A stretch of 64,000 nucleotides of DNA from Candidatus Hecatella orcuttiae. Lineage in GTDB: Archaea > Thermoproteota > Bathyarchaeia > Hecatellales > Hecatellaceae. Position numbers and translations under genes: made by a program. Of this stretch, positions 38,761 through 47,529 are shown piece by piece. A model generated the notes under the pieces. It saw only the letters and a program-made list of their open reading frames with translations, did no database searches and had not been told where the DNA came from. The stretch lies in NCBI GenBank assembly GCA_002011035.2, contig MTLY02000003.1, forward strand, positions 256,001 through 320,000, read 5' to 3'. Numbering within the stretch: the first letter of the stretch is position 1; every line of letters begins with the position of its first letter.

Positions 38761-40074
38761 CTAGGGCTCGGTGAGCCTCGAGGGTAGAATGTCCCGTTTC
38801 ACGATGTCTTCGTAGGTCTCCCGTCTTTGGATAAGCTCCACGCCATGCTCGCTGAGAAGCAGGGTCGGCGGCCGGGGGTAGGCGTTGAAGGTGGAAGCGG
38901 CCACTTGGCAGTAGGCTCCCACGTCTAGGAAGGCTATGATGTCGCCTTCCTCCACCCGGGGCACCCTGCGGTTTTTGGCGAGGATGTCCCCTGCGAAGCA
39001 CAGAGGCCCGGAGAAGTGGACGGCTTCCTCCTCCGCCCTGTCCGCCTTGTTGGCGACGGCAGCCTCATAGTGCCGGTTGAATTCTGTGAAGATGCCGGGG
39101 AGCAGGTTGGTGGAGGCGTCGACGGAGGCAAACTTGCCGGCGGGGGTGTCCTTCACGTTTCCCACTCGGGCTAGGAGAACCTCCGAGTCGCCTACCAGAC
39201 ACCTCCCCGGCTCGAGGATGAGCAGAGGCTCCCCCAGCCGGCTGAGCCTAGGCCTCAACGCCCCCACCAAGGCCTCGGCTATGGCCTCCGGAGCTAGGGC
39301 AGGGTCCTCCGGCTTGTAGGGGATGCCGTAGCCGCCTCCGAAGTCAAGGCATGTGGGGGTGAAGCCCAGCTTTTCTTTCAGGAGTTCCACAAAGTCCAGA
39401 ACCCTCTCCACAGCCTCGGTGAAGGGTTCGGTGGAGAGAATCTGGGAGCCGATGTGGAAGTGAACTCCCACGGTTTCCACGTTCTTCATCCTCAGAGCGG
39501 CTTCGTAGACTCGGAAGGCGGCTCCGCTGGGAATGTCCACCCCGAACTTGCTTTCTTTTACAGCCGTAGCAATGTAGGGGTGAGTCGGCACCTGGATGGA
39601 GGGGTTCACCCTCACCATTATCTTCGGGGTTTTACCCAAGCTTCCCGCTGCCTCATCTAGCTTTCTGAGCTCCGAAAGAGAGTCGACAACGATGAAGCCC
39701 ACGCCAGCCTTGAGGCTTTGGGTGAAATCCTCCCCGGTTTTGTTGTTGCCTGTGAGAACCAGCTTCTCCGGAGGGATGCCGGCTGAGAGGGCGATGCGGA
39801 CCTCACCTCCCGGCAGAACCTCGGCTCCCGCGCCCTCCTGCGCCAGTATCCTCACCACTGCTAGGGTGAAGTTGGCCTTGACCGCGTAGGCTATGAGCAC
39901 CTTTTCGTAGCGGCCGCGGAAAGCGCTGTGAAGCTGCCGGTACTTTTCGCGGATGCGGGCTTCTGAGACCACGTAGAGGGGTGTGCCGTAGCTGTCAGCT
40001 AACTCCACCAAGTCGTAGCCGTCCAGTGTCAGCCGGCCTTCTGGGTTGACGGCGAAATGTTCATGCTTAACCAT
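38761..40074 (-). CDS. lysA: Diaminopimelate decarboxylase (LysA family)
   Basis: YGTPLYV, YAVKAN, SKFG, HFHIGSQ, GGG, EPGR, GPLC, GAY. Confidence 0.85.
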   Translation of the reverse strand: MVKHEHFAVNPEGRLTLDGYDLVELADSYGTPLYVVSEARIREKYRQLHSAFRGRYEKVLIAYAVKANFTLAVVRILAQEGAGAEVLPGGEVRIALSAGIPPEKLVLTGNNKTGEDFTQSLKAGVGFIVVDSLSELRKLDEAAGSLGKTPKIMVRVNPSIQVPTHPYIATAVKESKFGVDIPSGAAFRVYEAALRMKNVETVGVHFHIGSQILSTEPFTEAVERVLDFVELLKEKLGFTPTCLDFGGGYGIPYKPEDPALAPEAIAEALVGALRPRLSRLGEPLLILEPGRCLVGDSEVLLARVGNVKDTPAGKFASVDASTNLLPGIFTEFNRHYEAAVANKADRAEEEAVHFSGPLCFAGDILAKNRRVPRVEEGDIIAFLDVGAYCQVAASTFNAYPRPPTLLLSEHGVELIQRRETYEDIVKRDILPSRLTEP

Positions 40075-40320
40075 TTCTCTTTTCCTCTCACCTACGCTGA
40101 GCTGTCACCATTTTTTGATGGCGGCCCTCAGAAAAAGCAGCGCAGCACGCTGCCTTGCCGAGGTTTGCGAGCGGAGGGGGTCTTAATCTAACCTCTTAGA
40201 TGTAAATATATAAAAAGTTAGTTTAGACAAAATTCTAGCCGCGGACCGGGTCCAAAGAAGAGGTTTTCCCACTTTAGAGGCGACAAGCCATATATGGGGG
40301 GTCCGCCTTAACTATAGCTA

Positions 40321-40550
40321 GGCCGCCGGGGAAGCCCGGCTTCTTACCGGCTTGGTGGGGGAAGCCTTGCCAAGCCAGGTAAGAGTCGATATCGCAGCAT
40401 ACCTCGAACGGCTTCGCTCAGGGGACTGGGCTTGAAACCCTGAGTGAAACCCGCCCTAGTATGCTGCGAAGACGGAGGATACCGCCGGCAACGAGCGAAA
40501 ATTGGGCGGTAGCCGGTGGGAATCACCAGCTGGGACCCAGAGGCGGTCGA
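40321..40550 (+). ncRNA. Unidentified highly structured RNA (~230 nt)
   Basis: TATA-like ATATAT at 40290-40295; five hairpins with G-U pairs favouring the plus strand; complementary ends GGCCGCC/GGCGGTC; T-tract at 40557. Confidence 0.65.
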
Positions 40551-40618
40551 ACCTAATTTTTCCCTAGGAACTGAAAGGTTGAGTTTCACGGTTTCTAAAA
40601 ATTTCCCATGTCAGTCTT

Positions 40619-41302
40619 TTAGATCGTTATGCCCTTATCGGTGATTTTGAACGGCACCCACGATGTGCTGTGTTTGACGCCTTTCATGGAGTAGACGCGG
40701 AGGTATCTTTTCAACTCTCCTCCCTTTTCATCCATTTTCATCTCTAAAACCCCGTCGAAGATGAAGCGGAGGAAATTCATGAAATGCTCGTCGTGGATGC
40801 CGCTTTCGAGAGTGAAGAGGCCTGAACCCTTACTCTGCTTTATCCTAGCCAAGAGGATGGGCAGAAACTTCTGGCCTGTCCCAGGCCCCGCCTCCATAGC
40901 CAACGTGGAAACAGAGTCAAAAACAACTCTGAAGCCAAGCCAGTTTTTTCTGGCTTCCTCAAACGTTATGCTTAACTGAGAAGGGCTGGCAAGCGTGTCC
41001 ACGAAATACTTGCAGGCGCATTCAAAACCAAACCGCTTAGTGTAACAGTCCACATGTCTCAATCTGTCAGCCGCTAGGTAAGGTTCAACGTCGAAGCCCA
41101 TGAAATTCATGCTCGCCTTGAACGTTTCCGGGCTTTCATCGGTTAAAACGCAGAGAACTTGTTCCCCTCTTTTCAGACTGTTCCGGATGAAATGTTTGGT
41201 GAAGATGCTTTTCCCAACTCCCGGCGGGCCGACGAGAAGAAGCACTCCGCTGGGAATAGGGCCTTCCACTAATTTACGGGCTCCGGGAAAAACTTCTGAC
41301 AT
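40619..41302 (-). CDS. KaiC/RAD55-family ATPase
   Basis: GPPGVGKS, TDESP, VVFDSVS, FDGVLEM, SMKG..HST. Confidence 0.88.
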   Translation of the reverse strand: MSEVFPGARKLVEGPIPSGVLLLVGPPGVGKSIFTKHFIRNSLKRGEQVLCVLTDESPETFKASMNFMGFDVEPYLAADRLRHVDCYTKRFGFECACKYFVDTLASPSQLSITFEEARKNWLGFRVVFDSVSTLAMEAGPGTGQKFLPILLARIKQSKGSGLFTLESGIHDEHFMNFLRFIFDGVLEMKMDEKGGELKRYLRVYSMKGVKHSTSWVPFKITDKGITI

Positions 41303-41316
41303 GCGGCCCCTCCTGT

Positions 41317-42120
41317 CTACATGGGTTTTGGCTTTTCGAAGAAGTTTATCTGAAATTCGCAGTAGGGGTCGCCTTTGGCTTCGCAGAGGCTTTCTTTCCC
41401 ATGGCAGACCATGTCAGGTTCTAGATGTTGAAGCAATCCGGCCCAAAAACCGCGTTGGAAGTCGCAAGCAGGCTCCGTGGACTTTCGCTCGACGCTTTCA
41501 AAACTGCCACGGAGGCGGATGACAGCTTTTTTCTTAGGTTCGAAGGAGGCTGTCTCAATTTTATTTGCCCATCCCGAACTTGTGGTGGCTTCCACCACCT
41601 TGTTGAACAACTCCTTTCCTGCGAAGCCTTTCTCCGCCACCTTTTTGGCGAAGATGCCTCCCGCCTCCTTCCCCGCTCGGTAGAGCATGAGGGAAACTGC
41701 CCTCGGCTGGTACATTCGCTCAAGCCCTTCCCGAAGTCCGCGGAATATTCCCAAATCCAGACTGATATGCCTGAAGGCCCTGCTCAACGATGAACGCTCC
41801 CGCCATAGCATGGCAATCAAGCTTAGGGCGATCACCGTCAAGAGTATTTTGGGGCCAATCCATATTTTCAAAACTCCCGGATACCATCGGGCTGGGAGAA
41901 CCGCAGCCTGACCCGGATTGGTTGCCACGGTTAAGAAAAAATAGATTTCCTGCACCGTCAGAAAAAGGGATGCCATAACCATGAAAAGAAAGGGGCTTCT
42001 CAATTCCCCAGTGGAAACTTTAAACTGTTTGACGAAGTATCCGAATAAACCAGCCCACAAGCAAATGTTCAAAATGTAAACCGCTAAAACAAAAAACCAA
42101 TAACTCAATCTACTGACCAA
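41317..42120 (-). CDS. Membrane-anchored V4R-domain protein
   Basis: Three N-terminal TM segments; LYRAGKEAG, SGW, SFE, CDFQRGFWAG, E..CEAKGDPYCEF. Confidence 0.82.
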   Translation of the reverse strand: MVSRLSYWFFVLAVYILNICLWAGLFGYFVKQFKVSTGELRSPFLFMVMASLFLTVQEIYFFLTVATNPGQAAVLPARWYPGVLKIWIGPKILLTVIALSLIAMLWRERSSLSRAFRHISLDLGIFRGLREGLERMYQPRAVSLMLYRAGKEAGGIFAKKVAEKGFAGKELFNKVVEATTSSGWANKIETASFEPKKKAVIRLRGSFESVERKSTEPACDFQRGFWAGLLQHLEPDMVCHGKESLCEAKGDPYCEFQINFFEKPKPM

Positions 42121-42272
42121 TAATCTTTTCCTAGAAAGAAATTTAAACTTTGCCTAAAAAACAGATTACGGCGCCTCACGCCTACACTCCTTCCAGTTGA
42201 AAGGTTTTAGCGCGGGAGCGTCAAAACTAAAAAGGTTGAACCTAAAACCTGTTTAGGGAGGGCCGTCCCCTC

Positions 42273-42293
42273 GGGGCCGTGGGCTAGCCTGGT
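42273..42293 (+). repeat. attL: duplicated 5' 21 nt of tRNA-Pro
   Basis: GGGGCCGTGGGCTAGCCTGGT identical to 55078-55098. Confidence 0.92.
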
Positions 42294-42362
42294 TTAACTT
42301 ACGATGTTACCGTAGCATAAACTTTATTAGAGAGGTTTGCGAAGAGTATTTTTTGAGGAGAA

Positions 42363-43685
42363 GTGTCCAGGGTAAGAGATTCTAAGGGGCGTTTTCTGAG
42401 GCAGGAGCACAGCTATTCCGCGTTGATGGGCTACCCTCAGGTGCGAAATTGGATAGACAATTACAGGAGCAAGGAGACCCGGGAAGCCTACATGCGCTGT
42501 TTGGAGACGGTGGTCAAGGAGACGGGGCTGTCCCCTGGCAGGTTGGTTAAGCTTCCAGTAGACAGGGCTAGGCACGCGGTCATGGGGGTGGTTCGGAAGC
42601 TTGTGCAGGATGGTAAGCTTACCATGGCCAAGCAGATTCAGATAGCCTTGAAGGGTTTCTTTGAGGCCAACGACAAGGAGCTTAAATTCAAGAGGGCGGA
42701 GCAGGTGAAGAGGGTTTCCAAGAAAGTTCATGCCCAAATCACCCCCACCCAGGAGGAAATCTACCGGATGGTCGACGCCCTGCCGGAGAAGAGGAACAAG
42801 GCCATTATACTGTGTCTTTTCCAGAGCGGTGTCCGGGTGGGCTGCCTCTGCCGGTGGACCTATGGACTGGTCAAAGACCAACTTTACCCTGAAATAAAGG
42901 TCCCCACGGTCTTGAAGATCACCAACGAAATCGACACCAAACTAAGCGGCTACGGGCTCCCCTACTATTACACTTTCCTCCAAGCTGAAGCAGCCCAAGC
43001 CTTGAGAGACTACTTGGATGAGCGAAAAGCCAAGGAGGGAGAGCTTAAGCCGGAGGACCCTGTTTTCGCCCCCCTGACAAGCAAGGCTACCAAGGAGGGC
43101 ATCGACGAGGTTAGAGTTTTAGAAGTGGTGAAGAGGGCGGCGAAAAGCATAGGCCTAGACCCCCGAGGCGTTTGGACCCACACCCTCCGAAAAAGCTTCA
43201 GGAAGGTCCTCTACGCCGCCAACATCGAAGACGACATGGCTGAAGCCCTGATGGGCCACAAGCTCCGGGGGTCGAAGGAAAGCTACTTCGACAAGAAAGA
43301 CCTGAGAGAGATTGCGGCCAACTACATGAGGGCTAACTTTTCAAGGGCCACCGTGCAGGTTACAGAGGAAGCATGGAAGGAAATCCGACGTCAACAGCTA
43401 CGCCGCGACATGAAGGAGCTTTACGGCGTCGACTTAGAGGAGCTTCTACGCCCCAAGATTGCGAAGATGAAAAGGCCGCTCACCATAGACGAGGAACTGG
43501 AGACCCTTGAATCCAAAGTTCGAGAGCTGTGGGGTATGAAACTGGCCAAGAAGCAAGAACCCAACGGCAGCGGCTTGGAACACCGCATAGTCCGCGAGGT
43601 GGAACTAGTCGACCTCCTGAACCAAGGCTGGGAAATGGTTAAGGAGCTAAGAGACGGCAGGATCCTAGTGAGAAAATCCGCCTAA
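42363..43685 (+). CDS. Tyrosine integrase
   Basis: QSGVRVG, HTLRKSF, LMGHK, ESYF. Confidence 0.92.
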   Translation: MSRVRDSKGRFLRQEHSYSALMGYPQVRNWIDNYRSKETREAYMRCLETVVKETGLSPGRLVKLPVDRARHAVMGVVRKLVQDGKLTMAKQIQIALKGFFEANDKELKFKRAEQVKRVSKKVHAQITPTQEEIYRMVDALPEKRNKAIILCLFQSGVRVGCLCRWTYGLVKDQLYPEIKVPTVLKITNEIDTKLSGYGLPYYYTFLQAEAAQALRDYLDERKAKEGELKPEDPVFAPLTSKATKEGIDEVRVLEVVKRAAKSIGLDPRGVWTHTLRKSFRKVLYAANIEDDMAEALMGHKLRGSKESYFDKKDLREIAANYMRANFSRATVQVTEEAWKEIRRQQLRRDMKELYGVDLEELLRPKIAKMKRPLTIDEELETLESKVRELWGMKLAKKQEPNGSGLEHRIVREVELVDLLNQGWEMVKELRDGRILVRKSA

Positions 43686-43969
43686 TATTTAGGAGGGACT
43701 TTTCCCCCAACGATGGTCTCTATCTCTCTTTTCCGTTCTTTATTGAGCAGAAACATGTCCTCATGGGGCTTCTTGTACCTTTGAAGTAAACCCTCCTTAG
43801 CGAGTTTTTCCACCTCATCCTTATACCAGCTGGTAGGGTAACATTTAGGCAAACCTTTCGGAATGTCGGTTTCCGCTATGTAGTTTCTACCCCAATTCCT
43901 ACCCATGACCAGCTTCTCGATGATGAGCCTTCTGATCTCCTTTCGTTCATCCTCGGAGGGTTTTCTCAT
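43682..43969 (-). CDS. Small winged-helix-like hypothetical protein
   Basis: ATG at 43969; EVEKLAKEGLL pattern; divergent from the wHTH gene. Confidence 0.6.
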   Translation of the reverse strand: MRKPSEDERKEIRRLIIEKLVMGRNWGRNYIAETDIPKGLPKCYPTSWYKDEVEKLAKEGLLQRYKKPHEDMFLLNKERKREIETIVGGKVPPKY

Positions 43970-44060
43970 AAAGTACTTTACCTTAAAGTAATATTTAAAG
44001 GTATTTTCAGTAATGCTTATATAGCCAACCACCAACTAACTAACATGAAGGTACCCGGCT

Positions 44061-44369
44061 ATGGAAAGGAAACCTGTGATAGAAGGAACGTTCAGCCGCC
44101 TCTTCGAAACACCCTTAGGCCGGGTGCTGGACGTGCTCATTCTCCACCGCGGCTACGACCTCTCCCTCAAAGAATTAGCCAACTATGCGGGCATTTCCCC
44201 GAAAACTCTCTGGAAGACCATGGCCAAACTCGAAAGCCTAGGCATCGTCAAACATACCCGCCGAATCGGCAACGCGAAAATGATCACCTTTAACCAAGAC
44301 TCTAACCCCCTAGGAGAACATCTTATCGCCCTAGAATATAGTATACCCCTCAAAGAAATGGAAAGTTAA
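44061..44369 (+). CDS. Winged-HTH regulator
   Basis: LSLKELANYAGISPKTLWKTMAKLESLGIVKHTRRIG. Confidence 0.82.
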   Translation: MERKPVIEGTFSRLFETPLGRVLDVLILHRGYDLSLKELANYAGISPKTLWKTMAKLESLGIVKHTRRIGNAKMITFNQDSNPLGEHLIALEYSIPLKEMES

Positions 44370-44600
44370 ACCTTCTCCGATACGCAAGTTATAAAGCTGA
44401 ATCTGCATTTCCCCGGAGCCTTCAAGCATATCACCTACTCCCCGGAATGGAAAAAGCCGGCGTTCACCAGCTAGTGCCTATCAATCCCCCAAATACCCTC
44501 TGTTAGGCACTGGAAAACCCCTACGTGGTGACTGTGGAGGTCTGAAACGGTGAAACCCATAAAATCAAGGAAATGTAGGAAACTAAACTAGATGGTTCGC

Positions 44601-45014
44601 TTACCTCAATTGTTTGATGGCTTTATCTATGATTTCAATTGCTTCTTTGAACCTTTTCTTGTTGAAATCCAACATGGATATGCCCATCGGGGGGTCTGGA
44701 CTATGAGAAAGTCCATGAATTGTCTCATCGTACGTATTCCTAATGATTCTATAAGTCTTTGCATCTAACTTCCGAACAAGGTCCGGTGTCAAATATGAAT
44801 AGATCTCCCTATGATAGTTGCGACCGCCGGTAAACCCGCTTTCTAAGTCTGAGGCTATGTCGCTTCTAATAATCTCAAGTTCTTCCCTTATACGTCGCTT
44901 TAATTCGGTTTTTTCATATTTTTGTACCCAAGAATAATGAGCTATGGAAGCCAAAAATCCGATAACTATGCCTAGACTTATCGAAAGGAGAGATGCCCAA
45001 AGAATTTCCATCAA
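44601..45014 (-). CDS. Hypothetical protein with N-terminal TM helix
   Basis: Hydrophobic N-terminus; AT-rich. Confidence 0.6.
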   Translation of the reverse strand: MMEILWASLLSISLGIVIGFLASIAHYSWVQKYEKTELKRRIREELEIIRSDIASDLESGFTGGRNYHREIYSYLTPDLVRKLDAKTYRIIRNTYDETIHGLSHSPDPPMGISMLDFNKKRFKEAIEIIDKAIKQLR

Positions 45015-45112
45015 TTTAGGTTACCAACTATATATAGTGCTCTATCTTGTTTAGGCTTTTTTCATGTCTTTACGTTTATTAAAGGGTTTTTCCTTAAACT
45101 TCTCGAGAAAAA

Positions 45113-45241
45113 ATGGAAAAACCTGATAGATGCCCAAAATGCGGAAAAGTCCGTAAAGGATACGTATTCCCTGCTGGACCTCAACCACCCCAAAACGTCG
45201 AATATTGCGATTGCGAACCCGAGCCACCCTATGCTAAGTAG
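45113..45241 (+). CDS. Zn-finger micro-protein (42 aa)
   Basis: Own translation MEKPDRCPKCGK..EYCDCEPEPPYAK; TTTATTAAA about 30 nt upstream. Confidence 0.55.
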   Translation: MEKPDRCPKCGKVRKGYVFPAGPQPPQNVEYCDCEPEPPYAK

Positions 45242-45364
45242 GCTTTCTCAAAAGTTGTGTCCATCCTTGTTCAATGCTGACCAAATTTTTGGACCGCATT
45301 CAAAGCAAAGGATGTTGAGAGGGGACCCTAGCCAAAAATTTGGCGAGGGTAAAGCTGTTGAGGT

Positions 45365-45523
45365 TTAGAGTTTTTTAACCAGCATATCCCCGTCGGTAAC
45401 GGTTACACCCAACAAGTCGCCTTCTTTTATCTCTAGGGCCTCCACCACTTCTTTTGGGATGGTCATTCGTAGGCTGTTCCCTATTCTTGTAACCTTGACC
45501 TTTAACATTATTGGCATGCTCAT
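45365..45523 (-). CDS. AbrB/MazE/SpoVT-family DNA-binding protein (52 aa)
   Basis: Own translation KVTRIGNSLRMTIPKEVVEALEIKEGDLL. Confidence 0.85.
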   Translation of the reverse strand: MSMPIMLKVKVTRIGNSLRMTIPKEVVEALEIKEGDLLGVTVTDGDMLVKKL

Positions 45524-45631
45524 AAGTTATACAAGGGTTATACTTAAATATAAGTGTATCCCTAATTATAATTGCGGATATACTCCGTATAACAAGAGAG
45601 ATGGGTAAAAGTATGGGGGTGAGAAAAAGGG

Positions 45632-45886
45632 TTGCCTAAGAAAAACTATGTGCAAAGAAAATTCCTGAACCCAATTGACCTGCACGTCTCCGTTCCCGGA
45701 GGCCTCTGGGAGGAACTCAAACGCCTGTTCTACGACCCCAGCTTCCACGTGGATGACAGCCATTTCTTAACGAGGATTCTGGAGGAATACCGCGACTACA
45801 AGTGGCCAAGAAAAGCCCTCTTAAATTTGGTTGAGTTGCACCGTGAAGAACTTGGCAAAGAAAAGGGGGTGAGCAAAGGGCCTTGA
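45632..45886 (+). CDS. Putative RHH regulator
   Basis: LHVSVPGGLWEELKRL..SHFLTRILEEY. Confidence 0.55.
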   Translation: MPKKNYVQRKFLNPIDLHVSVPGGLWEELKRLFYDPSFHVDDSHFLTRILEEYRDYKWPRKALLNLVELHREELGKEKGVSKGP

Positions 45887-46056
45887 ACGACTATGTATTA
45901 GGCGCTCTAGAAACCTTGGCTTGGGTTCGAAAACAGATAGAAGCTGGGAGGAAGCCCGCGGAGCTTAAAGCCGAAATCAACAGCCTTCTCAAAGAGATCC
46001 TAGACAACGCGGCATTGCACGCTCTAGGCAAGGTTAAAGCCCAAGCCACCATCTAA
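45883..46056 (+). CDS. Hypothetical protein (57 aa)
   Basis: TTG overlapping upstream TGA; own translation MNDYVLGALETLAWVRK.. Confidence 0.55.
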   Translation: MNDYVLGALETLAWVRKQIEAGRKPAELKAEINSLLKEILDNAALHALGKVKAQATI

Positions 46057-46380
46057 AACCTCCCTCTACCCTATTTTTTTAGAAAATTTATGTCTAAAAT
46101 TTTAGTCAAATACTCGAGAAAATTTTAAAATTTTCGATCAGAAGTTTAAAATCGATGAAGTTCCCTATCTTTACTAACTACGTAATGAGGGTGATCGCGG
46201 ACTTGTACTCCGGTTGGATCGGGCATGGGCGGCCCAATAATTTCATTCCGCGATCCGTATGAGTGAAAGGACTGTCCTCCGAAAGCTTTTTTCCTTTGTT
46301 CACTCGAGCTTAAGGACTTTTCAAAATCCCAAACTTTTAGAGGGGGGTCGAGACGGCTGAACAGAAAAGATTGTGCATCT

Positions 46381-46650
46381 TTGATTTTAGAAGTACTCAA
46401 AAAGGCTGAGAGGCCGCTAGACGTAAAGAAAATTCAAGAACTAGCCGGCATCGCCCATTGGTCAGTTGCCTTGAACCACTTATTACAGTTGCTAATTGAG
46501 GGCCAAATAGCCGGCTTCAAGACCAGCAAATCATGGATATTCTTTCTCCCGGAGAACCTTCCTAAAACTCTTCTTGAGGAGAAACTCCAACCCAAAAACA
46601 CGCTTGGGGGGACTGTATACGGCTTGAGAGAGGTGAAAGGTGAATCATGA
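46381..46650 (+). CDS. Winged-HTH protein
   Basis: ILEVLKKAERPLDVKKIQELAGIAHW..EGQIAGFKTSKSWIF. Confidence 0.7.
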   Translation: MILEVLKKAERPLDVKKIQELAGIAHWSVALNHLLQLLIEGQIAGFKTSKSWIFFLPENLPKTLLEEKLQPKNTLGGTVYGLREVKGES

Positions 46651-47528
46651 GCGAAAAGACCCCCACACCCTCTCCACGAGAGGATGTTTTCGCCATCATG
46701 GAGAGGAAGGACGAGGACCAGATTATTGCGGAACTGAAGGGGGCCTACCTGGATGAATTCGTCTACTCGTTCGAGCATGGTGATCGTCGTGTAGTTGGGC
46801 TTTCATGGTCAGGGGTAAAGGAGATAGCGTGGCGGCTGGGTTCAATCAGCGTAGACGACCTAACCGTTGAGGATAAGGGTGATTTTTGGCTAGCCAAATG
46901 CTCTGCGACTGACCACGTGAGAGGGAACCGGCGTTGGGGAGCCGCGGTCCAACCCAAAAAAATCGGCGACAAAGAAGACGTGTTTGCCCTCCCTAAGGCT
47001 GTTTCCAAAGCTCAACGAAATGCTATCAGAGCGGTCATCCCCGAGGCTATGATTAAGACATTCATAGACCGGTTTCTCGAAGAGAGCCGAACCAAGCAAC
47101 CATCTCCTACCCCTTCCGCAGAGGTTAAAACCGCCGCTGAAAAATCGTTGGCAGCCAATAATTTGGGCGAAATAACAGAGCTTAAAGCAAATGATGTTCC
47201 GCTGGCCATCTTAACCGTTAAACATGATGAAGCTTTCCTTACGCCTCAGCAGAAGTTTCATCTTTCCACGCCTCCTTGGGGCTCGTTTTTTGTAGCTAAG
47301 GTTTTGGAAGCTATGGTGGCGAAAGATGCCGAATTGGCGATGAAGGGGGAGATAGGACCGACCGATTTGTTCAGCTATAACATCGATGAAGAGGGGGGAA
47401 TTCTGCGAGAGGTGTATGTGCGAAACTGGAGAACAAAGGAAAGGCTTTCTCAGATTAAGAACGCAGCACGATGGACCCTAAGTAAAATGCTGGAGCGGAG
47501 TAAAACGCCGCAGGCTGGGGGCTCCTAG
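46647..47528 (+). CDS. Putative single-strand annealing protein (Rad52/Redbeta/ERF-like)
   Basis: GLSWSGVKEIA, beta-rich core, ALPKAVSKAQRNAI helix, Pro-rich linker. Confidence 0.5.
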   Translation: MSEKTPTPSPREDVFAIMERKDEDQIIAELKGAYLDEFVYSFEHGDRRVVGLSWSGVKEIAWRLGSISVDDLTVEDKGDFWLAKCSATDHVRGNRRWGAAVQPKKIGDKEDVFALPKAVSKAQRNAIRAVIPEAMIKTFIDRFLEESRTKQPSPTPSAEVKTAAEKSLAANNLGEITELKANDVPLAILTVKHDEAFLTPQQKFHLSTPPWGSFFVAKVLEAMVAKDAELAMKGEIGPTDLFSYNIDEEGGILREVYVRNWRTKERLSQIKNAARWTLSKMLERSKTPQAGGS

Positions 47529-47529
47529 C

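Noticed and set aside
40321-40550. SRP RNA, RNase P RNA, tRNA-Sec/Ser, T-box or cobalamin riboswitch
   Set aside because: Only scattered partial motifs (GCTAGGCCG, AAGCCAGG, CTTGAAA, AATTGGGCGGTA) in the wrong order or without required partners; no T-arm or CCA end
40344-40589. 81-aa minus-strand ORF
   Set aside because: Overlaps the structured RNA and has no protein-like features
42363-43685. SSV1-type split integrase
   Set aside because: The att repeat lies outside the gene and the ORF is intact
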